A stretch of DNA of 59,696 nucleotides, counting the filler, from Sphacelaria rigidula (lineage: Eukaryota), in the NCBI GenBank assembly GCA_964200075.2. It is 7 parts of 7 records of this genome, joined end to end, with 100 filler letters (N's around TTAATTAATTAA, not from the genome) between each part and the next. Parts side by side here need not be neighbours in the genome. Positions count along the whole stretch, not along the records: positions 17,087 to 25,528 come from CAXNAA020011115.1; positions 25,629 to 34,070 come from CAXNAA020011116.1; positions 34,171 to 42,612 come from CAXNAA020011117.1; 4 more parts are not named here. One strand, written 5' to 3'. This document shows, piece by piece, positions 24,843 through 37,100 of the stretch. The stretch's first letter is position 1, and each line of letters opens with the position of its first letter. Position numbers and translations under genes: made by a program. The notes beneath the pieces are model-generated. The model saw only the letters and a list, made by a program, of their open reading frames with translations, was not told where the DNA came from and did not search any database.

Positions 24843-25835
24843 TGCCCGGGTATGGTTGTCAACAACGTGGAACCGTTACAACTAGACCGTAGGCTGAGAT
24901 CGAGCTGACGCATGAACATGTGAGCACCCCACTCACTCACACAAACACACATGAGAGACCAAGCGCACCAAACGGCAGCTGTGCCGGCAGCCGCCTCCAC
25001 ATCAGCACCAGCTGCTTCTACACCAGCACCAGCTGCAGATGGTGGCCAGCAAACGTGTCAATGTGTACATGTCGGAGGGGAACCGTGGTTGATCAAGCCA
25101 GTTAGACATGATGCATACATGAAATAGCAGTAAAGCCTAAACCTTCAATGTGATGTGAAAGGGGTGAAAGCACCTTGTGGAGATTGTTATAATGGTGTTC
25201 ACTCCGAGATTGTTCCAGGTTCAGACCTCTGCGTACGTTGTTTGGTAACTCAGCTCAGCAGCGCAAGCTGATCCCAGTTGTTTCACAAAGGAGACAACGA
25301 GCAAATAATACAGACCAGAATAGCACACTTTTATCCAGCAGTTGATTGTATCCGAGCTTCATCTACAGCTCAGTTATAGCACACATTTGTAAAACAAACC
25401 GAAACAGGCCTAAGCTTTGATCAATAAAATACACCAGACAAAAACAGCAGCCCGACTACTGCTTTTTATCTCTGGGACTCACTTTCTCGAGGTCTGTAGA
25501 TACTCCAATGGGAAACTGGTGAATCTCANNNNNNNNNNNNNNNNNNNNNNNNNNNNNNNNNNNNNNNNNNNNTTAATTAATTAANNNNNNNNNNNNNNNN
25601 NNNNNNNNNNNNNNNNNNNNNNNNNNNNAAATAGCGAAGTCCATGGGTAAAAGGTTCCTTCCTGTCCTCTGGGGACAAAAAAAAAAAATCCTCTAGCAGT
25701 GTTCAACCCCTGTGGAGGGGTTTACTATTCCGCCTCCAGAGAGAGAGAGGCCTTTTCACCTCTGGAGCGGTAGATTTTCGTGTGGCGGGATTTTTGGGGG
25801 GTAGCCAAATGGCCGCGTGCGGAGGTCCTCTTTTC

Positions 25836-27592
25836 CAAGGTTGTGTTCTGTAGGGTCGGTGTTTCTGTATACCCGGGGTATTTTGCCGGGTATTTACCGT
25901 ACCCGACAGTTCTGTGACTTCTGTAAGACTTTCATACCGCTACCCGACAGTCCTGTAAACTCTGTAAGACTTCCACACCGTTACCCGATAGTGCTGTAAT
26001 CTCTGTTAGACTCCCAAACCGTTACCGGGGGGCACGGGTATCCTCTTGATAAGATACCCGATTGCGGGTACGGTTATCTGTGCAACCTCCATACCCTACC
26101 CGACAGTTTCTGTGAGTTCTGTAAGCCTCCAATACCCTTACCCGACAGGTCTGTGAGTTCTGTACGAAAACTTTACCCTAACCCGACGGGCGGGTATGCT
26201 CTTGGAGGATACCCGATTGCCGGTACCAGTTTTCTGTAAGCCTCCCATACCGTACCCTGCAAGTTCTGTGACTCCTGTAAGGCTTTCATCCAGTACCGGT
26301 ACCCGACAGTTCTGTGAGCTTTGTAAGTCTCCCATACCCCTACCCGGGGTTAGGGTATGCCGTTATAGATATACCTGATTGCAGGCATGAGCACAGGTAT
26401 ATACCTTGGAGAGGCACGGATACAGGTTCAATCCAAACACAACCTCATGACCTGATCATGTACCTCCCATCGATCAACCCACCCAAATCCATTCAAAACT
26501 GCACACCAATAATAATTAATGTTGAAAAGCTCTGTAGTTTGGGATCTGGCGGGATACGAGGTACCGCTGAGTGGAAACACGAAACATGAGCAGCACTGCA
26601 GACCGTCAGAATGGATCACCCCCAGACTCGACTGGTGAATCGCGCGGGGACGGTTCATCTGTGCCACGAAAGGATCGAGCAGCAAGACGCACGTCATCGA
26701 CGTTGATGGTGGTTGTGTCGTGGTTATCAAACCCCAGGCCGTTCTCGACATGTATGTACAGCACAGAGTAGGAGCCGCACCACCGGAAGTCGTCAAGACC
26801 GTCGGCGATTTTGTCGCATGCCGAACGGTTTCCAGAGAACGGGCAGCCGTGAATGCTCCTTCATGTACTCGCTGGAAGTGTACGTGAAGCCTATAGGTGT
26901 TGACGACCGCATGCGCATGTACTACTGCGATTGTTCGTGCAGTCTTTCTCTATCAACCCCGTGAAGCCGTTCAGAGTTTTCGTGAACTGCCATCTTCTGT
27001 ATTTCGCCACTGTTGTAGTGACGTAGGTCCCACCACAGGGGTGATGATGACACCAAGGTCGTGTTTTGTAGGGTGCGGGTTTTTTGTATACCCAGGGTAT
27101 TTTACTGGGTTTTTACCGTACCCGGCAGTTCTGTAAACTCTGTAAGACCTTCATACCCGTACCCGATAGTTATATCAGTTCTGTGGGCCTTCCGAAACGT
27201 TACCGGGGGGCACGGGTATGCTCTTGATAAGATACCCGGTTGCGGGTATGGTTATCTGTGCAACCTCCATACCCTACCCGACCGTTTCTGTGGATTCTGC
27301 AAGCCTCTCACACCCTTACCCGACAGTTGTGTGAGTTCTGCACGAAACCTTTAACCTAACCCGATGGGCAGGTATGCCCTAAAAGATTTACCCGATTGCC
27401 GGTACCGAATTTCTGTAAGCCTCCCATACCGCACCCGACAAGTTCTGTGACTTCTGTAAGACTTTCATACCGGTACCCGACAGTTCGGTAAACTGTGTAA
27501 GACTTTCATACCGATAACCGACGGTTCTGTAAGTTCTGGGAGGAATCTTATACCCTACAGAACGTACCCGTACCTTACAGAACACAACCATG
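25836..27592. mobile_element. Compound non-autonomous hAT-like element: left arm + ~630-bp non-repetitive core + complete MITE (27054-27592)
   Basis: TIR CAAGGTTGTGTTCTGTAGGGT at 25836, again at 27054, and inverted at 27572-27592. Perfect 8-bp TSD CTCTTTTC at 25828-25835 and 27593-27600. The arms are built of ~39-bp TACCCGACAGTTCTGTGA units. Confidence 0.88.
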
Positions 27593-27618
27593 CTCTTTTC
27601 GTTTCGCATAATTTAATA

Positions 27619-28209
27619 CTTCCTCTGCCCGGAAATATAAGCAAGGTTTGGATTTCCGGGAATATAAGCAAGGTTTGTGATTGAGGGCGTTATTTTATTA
27701 GAACCGGTATTTTTGAACCATCATTTTTTATCGTGCTCCCATAGGTAGTACAAATGAAAAAATGGCATAAAACAGGGGATGGTTAAGTTTCGTCCCCTCC
27801 TGTGGATTCTTTTTGTTCCAGACGGAACTTCCGAAGATCTGGTCAGTAAGGAAAATTAGGGTGTTGTTTTTTCTCCCGTGCGGAACGAGGGAAAACTTTT
27901 TTTCAGTCTTTTTTGGGGGGGTGGAATCTTGGCTATGTGGAGCGTGCTGTAGACCGGTACTTTGAGGAGAAAAACTACATCTCTCCTTTTGACCGGGTCC
28001 AAAACTACAGCGTGCCTAAAAACGACACCTTTGAAGCGAAAAAAAGAGCACGAAGGAAAAAAAAAAACATTTTTCATTTTATTAGCTTTTCTCGAAAAAA
28101 AAATGGTGTTCGAGGTGAGGATCGAACTCCGGGCGCAAACACCGGTCGCCAACTTGTTTTTTTTTTTCGCGCAAGCCCAAACCTTGCTTATATTTCCGGG
28201 CAGAGAAAG
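27619..28209. mobile_element. Tc1/mariner (Stowaway-like) MITE
   Basis: 33-bp TIR CTTCCTCTGCCCGGAAATATAAGCAAGGTTTGG with an inverted copy at 28177-28209 (1 mismatch). TA on the left, TG on the right. Confidence 0.75.
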
Positions 28210-28939
28210 TGTATCAAATATCCCACAGGCACGTTCATGACATCATCCCAACATATTGCCTTTCGCACGGTCTAGGCCAAAACGATATCGATACCACCCC
28301 TAAATTTACGGTAGAAACCACACCCGGAGACGACTGTTTTGTCGTCTCCTGCGCCACCATGCATCCCCCGCTCAGATCCTACTTCACCAATGGTGATGGT
28401 ATACGATTATGTGCTATGCATCAAAACCTGGGTTCTTGGTGAGTTTTCTCGGGGAATGGACTCGAAATCTCAAATGGCCTGGATTACCGCGGATGTGCCC
28501 TAAATAGAAAACTTTGCACCCTAGACAACGGACAATCAACAACAGCTGCAACAGGGGGGAAGTGCACTGCGTACTTCGTATGGTATAATTAGCCACGTAT
28601 AGGGTAGATTGTAGGCTTTTTTCCCTTGATACCGCGGTCACGTGTTAAGTTTCACTTTTTCGTAGCGTCAAAAGGCTGTGGACAACACCCCTCTTCTCGC
28701 TGAGATTGTTCGAGCAGGGAATGCGTCGATTTAATTCCTGAGAAAGGAGTTGGGCAGAGGAATAAGAGGTCATGAAGCAATTGGATGGGGTGAGAAATAT
28801 ACTAACGATGTCTCTCTCGTGTCCAGGGGGGGCATCTTTCGTCTGCAAACCACCGCGTGTAACCGGCGAAAACGGGATAGATGACGCCCCCATCGCGTTT
28901 GAGGAGGGGCAGTCAGTGTGTGTGTGTGGTCGTCCCATG

Positions 28940-29113
28940 AACTGGCATCAATTTCACTTGAAAAAAGTATGCAGGATCCAGGTAAAATACCCTCGCTTTC
29001 GAAGGGAGAGCCCTTCGTGGCGAGAGTAGGTAATCTGTTGAATCAGCATCGATTTCACTTGAAATAAGTATATCCATGACCCGGACGAACCACCCTCGCG
29101 GTCTAAAGGTTAA
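28940..29113. mobile_element. Degenerate piggyBac-like MITE end related to 33508-33605 and 35367-35463
   Basis: GCATC.ATTTCACTTGAAA.AAGTAT occurs twice, and the right end is CTCGCGGTCTAAAGG|TTAA. Confidence 0.65.
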
Positions 29114-29737
29114 TTAAGATCTACCTGTTGTTGTGCGCGCGATGCTCATGTACCCCGTACTGTTTGGTGTGCGTTGATTTTGAACACGGATGCTCCCATA
29201 CCAGTGAAGGTTCGAGATCCCAAGCAAACGGCGTCGCGGCGGAGACATATCACCCACAGAAACGTTTGTCCGTGCTTGTTTTTATGATAAAATAATGATG
29301 ATAACACACCGGCGACGACTTGAACAAAATTGCGTCATGTACCAGACGCACTTCACTCCTTGACCAGGCGGACCGGGCGCACTCTAGGAGCACTTGCGTC
29401 AAGGAGCCTCAATCCAACTAGAGGTAAAGATCCAAATATCATGTGTGCGCTCAAACCAAATACAGTAATAAGATTCCGCGAAAGTTCCATTGGTGTTTTT
29501 CTCTGGCGGTAGGTCTAGTGGGCAAAAAGTCTCAGAATAAAGCACAGACTCAGGTCATCTGTCATTTACCATCGAAATCTCAAAGCCGAAAGGAAAACGG
29601 AAGTCCTTCCCCCCCGGTAGAGTTCAAATCACCGTTAGAAACAAGCAAGGTGTCGTGGTTGATGCAGTCCCTCGAAAGTGAGCATCAAACTTACTCACGG
29701 GATCGGAAAGAGGAAGTGTCAATCATACTTCTCAAAT

Positions 29738-31213
29738 ATGAGGGACAACAGTGCTGTTGACGGGGTTGTGGCCGATAATGATGATCATACGGGGCGCACA
29801 CCGCCTTCGGCAACCCTTGTCCACGGTGTAGTTTGGGACCATGAACCAGCGCTGAGATGGCAATCTATGCCCGAGTACCTAAACTTCCAAGACTTGCGGG
29901 TAGATAACATAGCCGCCGAGAAGCACGGAGGTCAACAGCCCAAGGTCAGCCTGACTCTGTCAGATTTTCTCCAGAGCGAAGAGTCGTGCGGCTCCTGCGA
30001 CTTCGGTTGGTTCACCCCATCCGCCAACTCATTGGGCTCTCTGGATGATCTGACCCCTCTTGGTGCCGAAAATCACGTTTTCACTTTTGTCGAGCCTGTC
30101 GTGGTGGGTGCTGGTGCACCTGCGGCGGGTGTCTACCCCCGCCACTACCATGACCTGGCGCTGGCAACGGATAAAGAGTTCGGGTCTACGGCAAATACGG
30201 CTGCCTTGTCTCCGTCTTCCACCGTAGGACACTCCAGGGATGCTTGTTCGTCTGCGTTCTGCCCGTCAGGACAAGATGCAGACACTGCGAAGAAAATTCA
30301 GGGGAAGAATACTCCGCCTTTTGGGAACCAGCACCATCGATGTCCAGCGCAAGAGTTCGGCGGCACCAGCATGTGTAAGGGCACGGACTCATCAGGTGGT
30401 AGAGGTGGTGTGCCTGGGGCCGAGGCGGGGAATGCCAGAAGGCCGGTGCGAAGCAGAAAGGGATTAGCCACAAATCGCATGCCCGAAATCAATCAATGGC
30501 ATGATCTGCATCGCGGGGCTTCCAGCTCCGGCTCGCTAGCTGCAGAGAGCGAAGGCGGCGGACAGTGCACTCTCCACATCCGTCGCTCCGCGTTTCCCTT
30601 GTCCACTCGTCATTTTCCTGCGAACGTCGCCCCCAAGTCAGAGCCACTGTCCTCTTCGCCTCACAGTAACCGTCGGCAGGACTGCAGATCATCTCCTCAT
30701 AAAACGTTGCTCTCGCCACAACGGCGAGCGCAGCAGCAGGCTACCGCAGATGGCCGAACAGGAGATGGGAGAAACCCGTTGCCATTGACGGCCTTGAAGG
30801 AACAAAATCGCGGTAGCGTGCGCATTGATGACAGAAAAGAAAACGAAAATGACAGCAGCAGCAGCAACAACAACGGTTCACCTGCTGTCTCGGACAGAGT
30901 ATCGCGCCGCACCAGAGACTTCGTCGAGGCAGCGGCAGATGCCAGGGGGGTGGGCGGCGGTAGAGGTAGGCTTGGGGGAGTCAGAGGCAGGGACGGCATG
31001 GACACTGCACGAATGAGGAAAAGAAAACCGAACAGTTACTCCTGGGCTCTAACGGAAATCAGGGTCGTTACAGGATGTAGTCCCTGGGCGCCGCCACACG
31101 CGGAGTACTTGGTGGTGGCATGCCTGGGACCGGGTAAGCTTGTGGCGGGATGGAGGAGAGCGTCTGATTTTGCGAGGCTTGCCAGGGTGGCCCAGCGGTA
31201 CTGGATGTCAAAG
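29738..31213 (+). CDS. Large exon of a protein with a disordered N-terminus and the start of a PX-like (Phox homology) domain
   Basis: 513-aa open frame ending at donor AAG|GTATGA (31214). HAEYLVVACL...WRRASDFARLA resembles the PX Y.I.V...RRYSDF..L pattern. The start codon is uncertain (first ATG at 29738). Confidence 0.6.
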
Positions 31214-32963
31214 GTATGAAAACAAATCGAGAGGATTCACCTGTTTGCTGTGGGTGTCAAAGTGCAACAAAACAGGCGATGTGGCACAAACACTCGGTCG
31301 GCGAATACGGTGACCAAAATATAGCCAGTTTTCTTTCGTCTGTATGATTTGTATGTGTACTCTACATGACCAAGCTGTTCACTCTTCACCCAGCTGTTGG
31401 GCTTTCGTTGATGAATTGGAAATAGGAGCAGCAATCGAGCGCTGTCAGCAGTTTTTTTTCTCTTGTTCGCTTCGGCTTGTTTGCGCATGTGCGATGGGTG
31501 CGTGCCGCCGCTTGTTGGGACTAGGGCTGGAAAAGGCTCCCAGAAGAGGCCACCACAATCGAAGAAAGAATGAAAATTGCCAGACAATTATTTGGTGTTG
31601 TATTCTTTTCTGATGTGCCTGCTCACCCTTGTGTGGCACTTTGCAACTGCCCACATTACAGAGCACCCGATCACCAACCCATCGATTACACACAGGAGGC
31701 CCTTTCAAAGCCAACGAGCCAGTGCTGTACCATACATCCCCAACCATTCTTGGGAACCTTCGGGTCTAGTCGGGTGAATACGACAGCGACATCCCAAAAA
31801 TTGCGCTGCCATGTTCCCTCTGCGGCCTCCTGTGTCACCCTTTCTCGTGATATATATACATGAAATTCTGAGTCTCATCAAGCACCGTAGTTGCAAGAGG
31901 TACCCACCACAATCAGATGCAACACCCGTGGTGTTCCAGATATGACGTTTCATCTCTATGGCGTCAAGGCACAAGGTATTCAACTTGCTATCATACCTGT
32001 ACAGGAACTTTTGATCACGAGTGCTACCTTGCTGACATCGCAGTACCCGAATGCAGCATTTGGCGTAGCAAGTTATTTATTCCGTCCGTTAACTGCTACG
32101 TCGCCCCTGATGCACAACAGCGAAGACGTGACGTCTGATATTGCTGAAATTGAACTTGCATCCGAACGGGCACGAACAGAGAAGTTCCCTTTGTCCTGTG
32201 ACCAGTCAGCACATACGGAGACCAGGGGATGTGGCCCAAAGGGAGCGGATGATGGAGTACTGGAGTCCGTGCGTACATCATTTATTTAGTCTTTGCACTC
32301 TAACATAATCCCCCCACGCATGTCCCAAGTGGCGAGAACTGATACACGTACTGTTTGTCGTACAATACTCACACCCCCAAAACCGTGCAAGTGAGTACTT
32401 GAGTACTTCGTGATGATACGGTTCTGTCTTCTCTCGAGTTTGGGAGGTTTCTCAAGGGAACCCCGCAATTAATAATTTCATCTATTGCATCGTGGTTGAA
32501 CACGTCCTCTTATCAGATTTTCTAGAACCTGGTACTTGTACTTTCCCAGGGATGGACACTTGGACAAATCTAAAAATTCGCGTGAACGGCCAGAAAAGTG
32601 GGTCGATCCATGACGACGGGGGAGGAAAGGCGGCGGGGCGTTTGTTTCTCATTCGCCTTCCAGTACACTTAGGGCTGTGGGTATACAACTGTCGACCTCT
32701 AGCGTCACACGTAATGTGGATCACCTTCTTATCACTGTTCTGTCAGCATCGGCATACCGCACAGCAGTGTACCATACATCTGTTTCCACCTCTGGGCTTC
32801 AGCACTCGTAGCTTTATACCGACCTTACAGTAATATGGAGCAGTTCAAAGCACGGGCGACGGGCTATTTTATTCTCCGGCGGTGCTGGAGTGAAGCAAAG
32901 ATGCATGCGGGTCGTTTGGCTGTTGATCCAAAGTGTCACCCTCCTGACATCTGTGCCTGGGAA

Positions 32964-33060
32964 GCCGGTGTGGCTCAGGTGGTATTCTCGAAACTCTCTG
33001 ACGGTTGAGTCGTGTGTTCGAATCTCGGGGCAGTCAGACGATCTGCGATTTTTTCCTCAC
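32964..33060 (+). mobile_element. tRNA-derived SINE-like head
   Basis: A-box TGGCTCAGGTGG and B-box GTTCGAATC; homologous to 34008-34070. Confidence 0.55.
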
Positions 33061-33507
33061 ACAGCGTTAAACAGTCGAGAGCGACTGCGTCGTGGGTGCA
33101 CAAAAGTGGACTTCACGGTCGACGAGGGAAAGGAACTGCTGAACACCTCTCGTGATTGAAAAAATATGGCAAGCACCGCAGAAAAAAAGGCGGAGAACTA
33201 GAAAAGAAGTCCTTTGTTGGTCTTATATCTGTGTGACCCTGGCTGATGCGCCCGCACGGTGTAGCCTGGTGTCCAGAACCGATCGAGGGCTACTTACCGG
33301 CCGACGTTTGGTGTTTGTATATTGAAATTTTGTGTAGGCCCTCGCTAGGGCATAATTAACAAAACCTTGGGGGGTCTATCCAATGAGAAAGTGTTGATTC
33401 AGACTTTTTAGCAGATGGGCACCTTCCCCCTGATCAGACGATTACTACGATGTGATGATGATGACCCAACTCGTCTGTGTCGATGAGATATTGCTTCGAG
33501 AGCTTAA

Positions 33508-33605
33508 CCCTTAGACCGCGAGGTTAGTGTTATGTTGAATCGGCATCAATTCCAAGTGAAAAAAAGTATGCATTATCCAGAAATACCAATCTCGCGGTTT
33601 AAGGG
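33508..33605. mobile_element. 98-bp piggyBac-like mini-MITE
   Basis: TTAA|CCCTTAGACCGCGAG...CTCGCGGTTTAAGGG|TTGA. Confidence 0.85.
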
Positions 33606-34007
33606 TTGAATCCGTTTCGACGCTGTCCCAGCTCATAATGTGCAAGCGTGCAGGCACTGTGCAGTCACTTGGAAACCACCGCAACGACCACAGCAGTACA
33701 AACAGTACTGTATGTGCTGACTGTACGCTTGACCCCAATGGCCGCTGCCAGGTAGACATGGGTCAACCTGACCCACTTTGTTTCGTTAATCATGCCCTAG
33801 GGAGGGCCCGCACGAATTTTCAATGCACAAAATACCGAACGTGGACCGGTAAGCTGCAAATACTGTTCCGAATTATTCCGAACCCGTCACTAAACGGCCC
33901 ATTAACCGGCCAATATTGATATTTATTTAGAGTTGGACCCTGAAGTTTGGTATGGACAATGAATAGGGCATGATGAAACAAAAACCAGTGCACACACATG
34001 ACCGGTC

Positions 34008-34070
34008 GCCCCGGTGGCTCAGTTGGTAACCTCGTAATCTTCTGATGGTTGAGTTGGGGGGTTCGATTCC
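34008..34070 (+). mobile_element. tRNA-derived SINE-like head, truncated by the linker
   Basis: A-box TGGCTCAGTTGG and B-box GGTTCGATTCC; no convincing anticodon arm. Confidence 0.55.
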
Positions 34071-34170
34071 NNNNNNNNNNNNNNNNNNNNNNNNNNNNNN
34101 NNNNNNNNNNNNNNTTAATTAATTAANNNNNNNNNNNNNNNNNNNNNNNNNNNNNNNNNNNNNNNNNNNN

Positions 34171-37100
34171 GGAGATCGCCGTCGATTTTATTGCACACCG
34201 AGTACTGTTCAGCGGCCAATCTCGGAACCTTGGAGCCAAGGGAATCTGAAAAGTGGGCTAGGCTCCTCTCTGTGGGGTGATGCAAAGTGTCCAAGACGTG
34301 TGTCGGCGGTTGTCCCTCTTTGAGCTCTATGAGGGTCAAAAAGTGGGTCAATCATCCTAAAAGTGAACAATCCGTGGTCCGAAAATCTATGTGCCATAAC
34401 ATCCGGCCTTACCATACTAAAACGCCCTAAACCAGTGAAAACAAAACACCAACGTGATTACGTGGTGGGGGTTTCACAAGCTGCGGTAGTACCGCCAGTT
34501 TGTTTCATGTGTTCCCATGTTGATTGTCGAATGAACGTTTGTTTGCGGGCCGCCGCTGTCCAACAGGGATACGCAGGTCGTAGGCGTGGTAGCGTTTGGA
34601 CCAGAGTGGATCGCGACGCGTGTAGTGAAAGTGGTCGGGTCCACAGACACTTTACCGCCGACAAGATCCGGACCGTGTTCTGGCAAGGTAAATTGGTCAG
34701 GATCGGCGGGGCTGACAGCAAAAACGGACGGGGGGTGATCCGCCGGTGGGTCACATTTTTCACCAGAAAGGTGGTGGACGGTATATGATTCCCAGGTGAG
34801 GCACGGGTAGACTTATCGTCAGCGATTTCGTAAATGACCCTCTTGGGTAGACAGGGATCAACATCCAAGGTGGACCCAGATTGTGCAATGTTAGGACCGT
34901 CGATTGAAGAAACAGTGGCGTCAGAAATATGTGAATTTGTTTCTTCCGGGATGCTTGATAAAGCCGTCGAGCGCAAAGTCGTCGCATTTTGGAGAGATTG
35001 AGGTCGAGGTTTTCCGCTCAAAAGAGGTGTGCGTGATGATGCGCGCGCTTCCTTGGGTAAACCTTTACGGGGCTTCCACTTTCGCCGTGACGATGGTCGG
35101 GGGACTTCCAAAACTTGTTGGGGCAACACAACTGCGTCCAGTCGTGTGGATGGGGTCAGCATCGGGGCATGCTCGGGCGAAGCTTGTGGACTTTCCGTCG
35201 GCAAGATTGGCTGAGGAGTCATAGCCAAGGGTAAATTGGGACGATTATTCTTGGAACCTATCAGGGGCAGTTTCGCGTTGTGTAATGAACGCGAAGAACG
35301 AACTCTTTCGGGCTGGGTGGGTGTTACTTGGCCCGAAGTGGTCAAATTGAGACCAGCGACACTTAACCCTTACACCGCGAGGTTAGTCTTCTGTTGAATC
35401 GGCATCAATTTCAAGTGAAAAAAGTATGCATGATCCAGAAAGATTAATCTCGCGGTCTAAGGGTTAAACCAGTGGAGTGAGATGCACTACTGCCTGCGCG
35501 TGCGGTCGCTGAGGGAAGCCTTTGTCTCAGGGACGGGCGGCTGGTGTTCCCACACCTCAGATTTACACTCAGTTCTGAAGGACCAAGTCCAGAGCCAAGC
35601 GTAGAGATAAGTCGTGAGTTCATGCAACTGTTACGCTGTATGCCAGGAGGTTAAGACGGGGGTCGATTTGAGCGGCCGTCATTAGTGCTCCTATCACGCT
35701 GTATGCGAGGAGGTGAAGACGGGGGTCGATTTGAGCGGCCGTCAGTAGTGCTCTTGCAAAATGCCGGGGAGACTGAGCGAGAATGTTTTGTCGCCAATTT
35801 GGGGGCTGTGATGAAAAAGTCTTCGAAACTGCTGTCGGCGGCGCCGAACACTTTAGGACGCCGACGTTGTCGCGTCATGGATCTAAGCGATCCGAAGTGA
35901 AGGTACCAGGAATTCTGGTGCTGGGGTTCGAGCTATGTGTCGGTCCCGTTCGCTGGTGTCTATCAGCGGAACCATGATTGGCGCGAGAAGTATTATCTCG
36001 TTGGCGAGTGCCAGAACTATGGTTGTTTTGTGTCGGCGCTCGCGATTAGAGTTATAGTTGCCGCGAGAATTCGAATGATGGCGATTATTACGACTTGGAG
36101 TTCGATAGTCGCGCATTCGTTTCTGCCATCGGCACCATGCGGGTTCATTGCTCTGTAGTTCGGAGTTCATGAGATCGAACGCATTTATGCATGAGTTGTC
36201 ACAGTCACGCATGCTGTGGCCTTGTACATTGTAATTGATACATTTGTTAGCGTGGCGGCTGAAAGCGTCGTGTCTAGCCGAAGAAGACAGAAGCAGGTTC
36301 CACAAATGGGGATCATCTGTCACAAAAGATGTTGTAGAAGTCGAATAAACATCGTCCCATGTCTCCTCAGAGTACGGGCATGCGTCAAAACTTGCGCAGA
36401 ATGGGTATTTGTTACTTCTAACACTCATGACTGAACTGGCGACAGAGGCGGGGGTCCATGTAGCACGAGATAAACTCGAATTCCGTCCGTGAGACCCATT
36501 GGTGTTCGCGGAGGAGAGAGGGGCAGGCTGTGAACGCGGAGACAAATATTTGTCACCCCGAATGGCGGGAGTGAGATTGCTTTCTTGATGGACAAAAGCT
36601 GTCCACATTGCGTCTACGGAGGCGTAAGGCACCTCGCGGTGTGCTTGGGCACCCGGAAATAACGACGGCATCAATGCCGGAAACTGCTCAGACACACTTG
36701 TACGGACGTAAGACTGACACATAGAATCAGAAGGCCCACTCTGGCGTCCAGTCCCCAAAGTGCTGGAAACCAACAACTTGAACTGACGAAAGTAGTCGGA
36801 AAAAGGCACGTCCGTAGCGACACCAAACGAACTTAGTCGCTGAATGGAGCTACCCTGGGTACTACGATCGAAATAGCCGGTCAAACGCCGCTCCGAATCA
36901 CTGAGTATCGTTGGGCCAGTTCGCCCCGAGGCAGGATCCGAATCCATCGCTGCGATGATCCCGTCGATGATCTGTGTCAGTGAAGAGGCAAGGTCAGGCG
37001 AGTGGCGAGAGATGGCGCGGTGCAGGGCCTTATGTAACGGCGTCTGCCAACCATCAACCCAAACAGGATCTTCGAACCGGTGAGCACCCGTGCGATCCGC

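Noticed and set aside
25880-27560. Regular ~39-bp repeats (also 18460-18760 and 58534-59300) as a CRISPR-like array
   Set aside because: The units are degenerate tandem copies with no unique spacers, there are no cas genes, and they lie within or next to TIR-bounded elements in eukaryotic DNA.
34008-34070. Functional tRNA gene
   Set aside because: There is no consistent anticodon stem, it is truncated, and a diverged paralogous head nearby favours a SINE.
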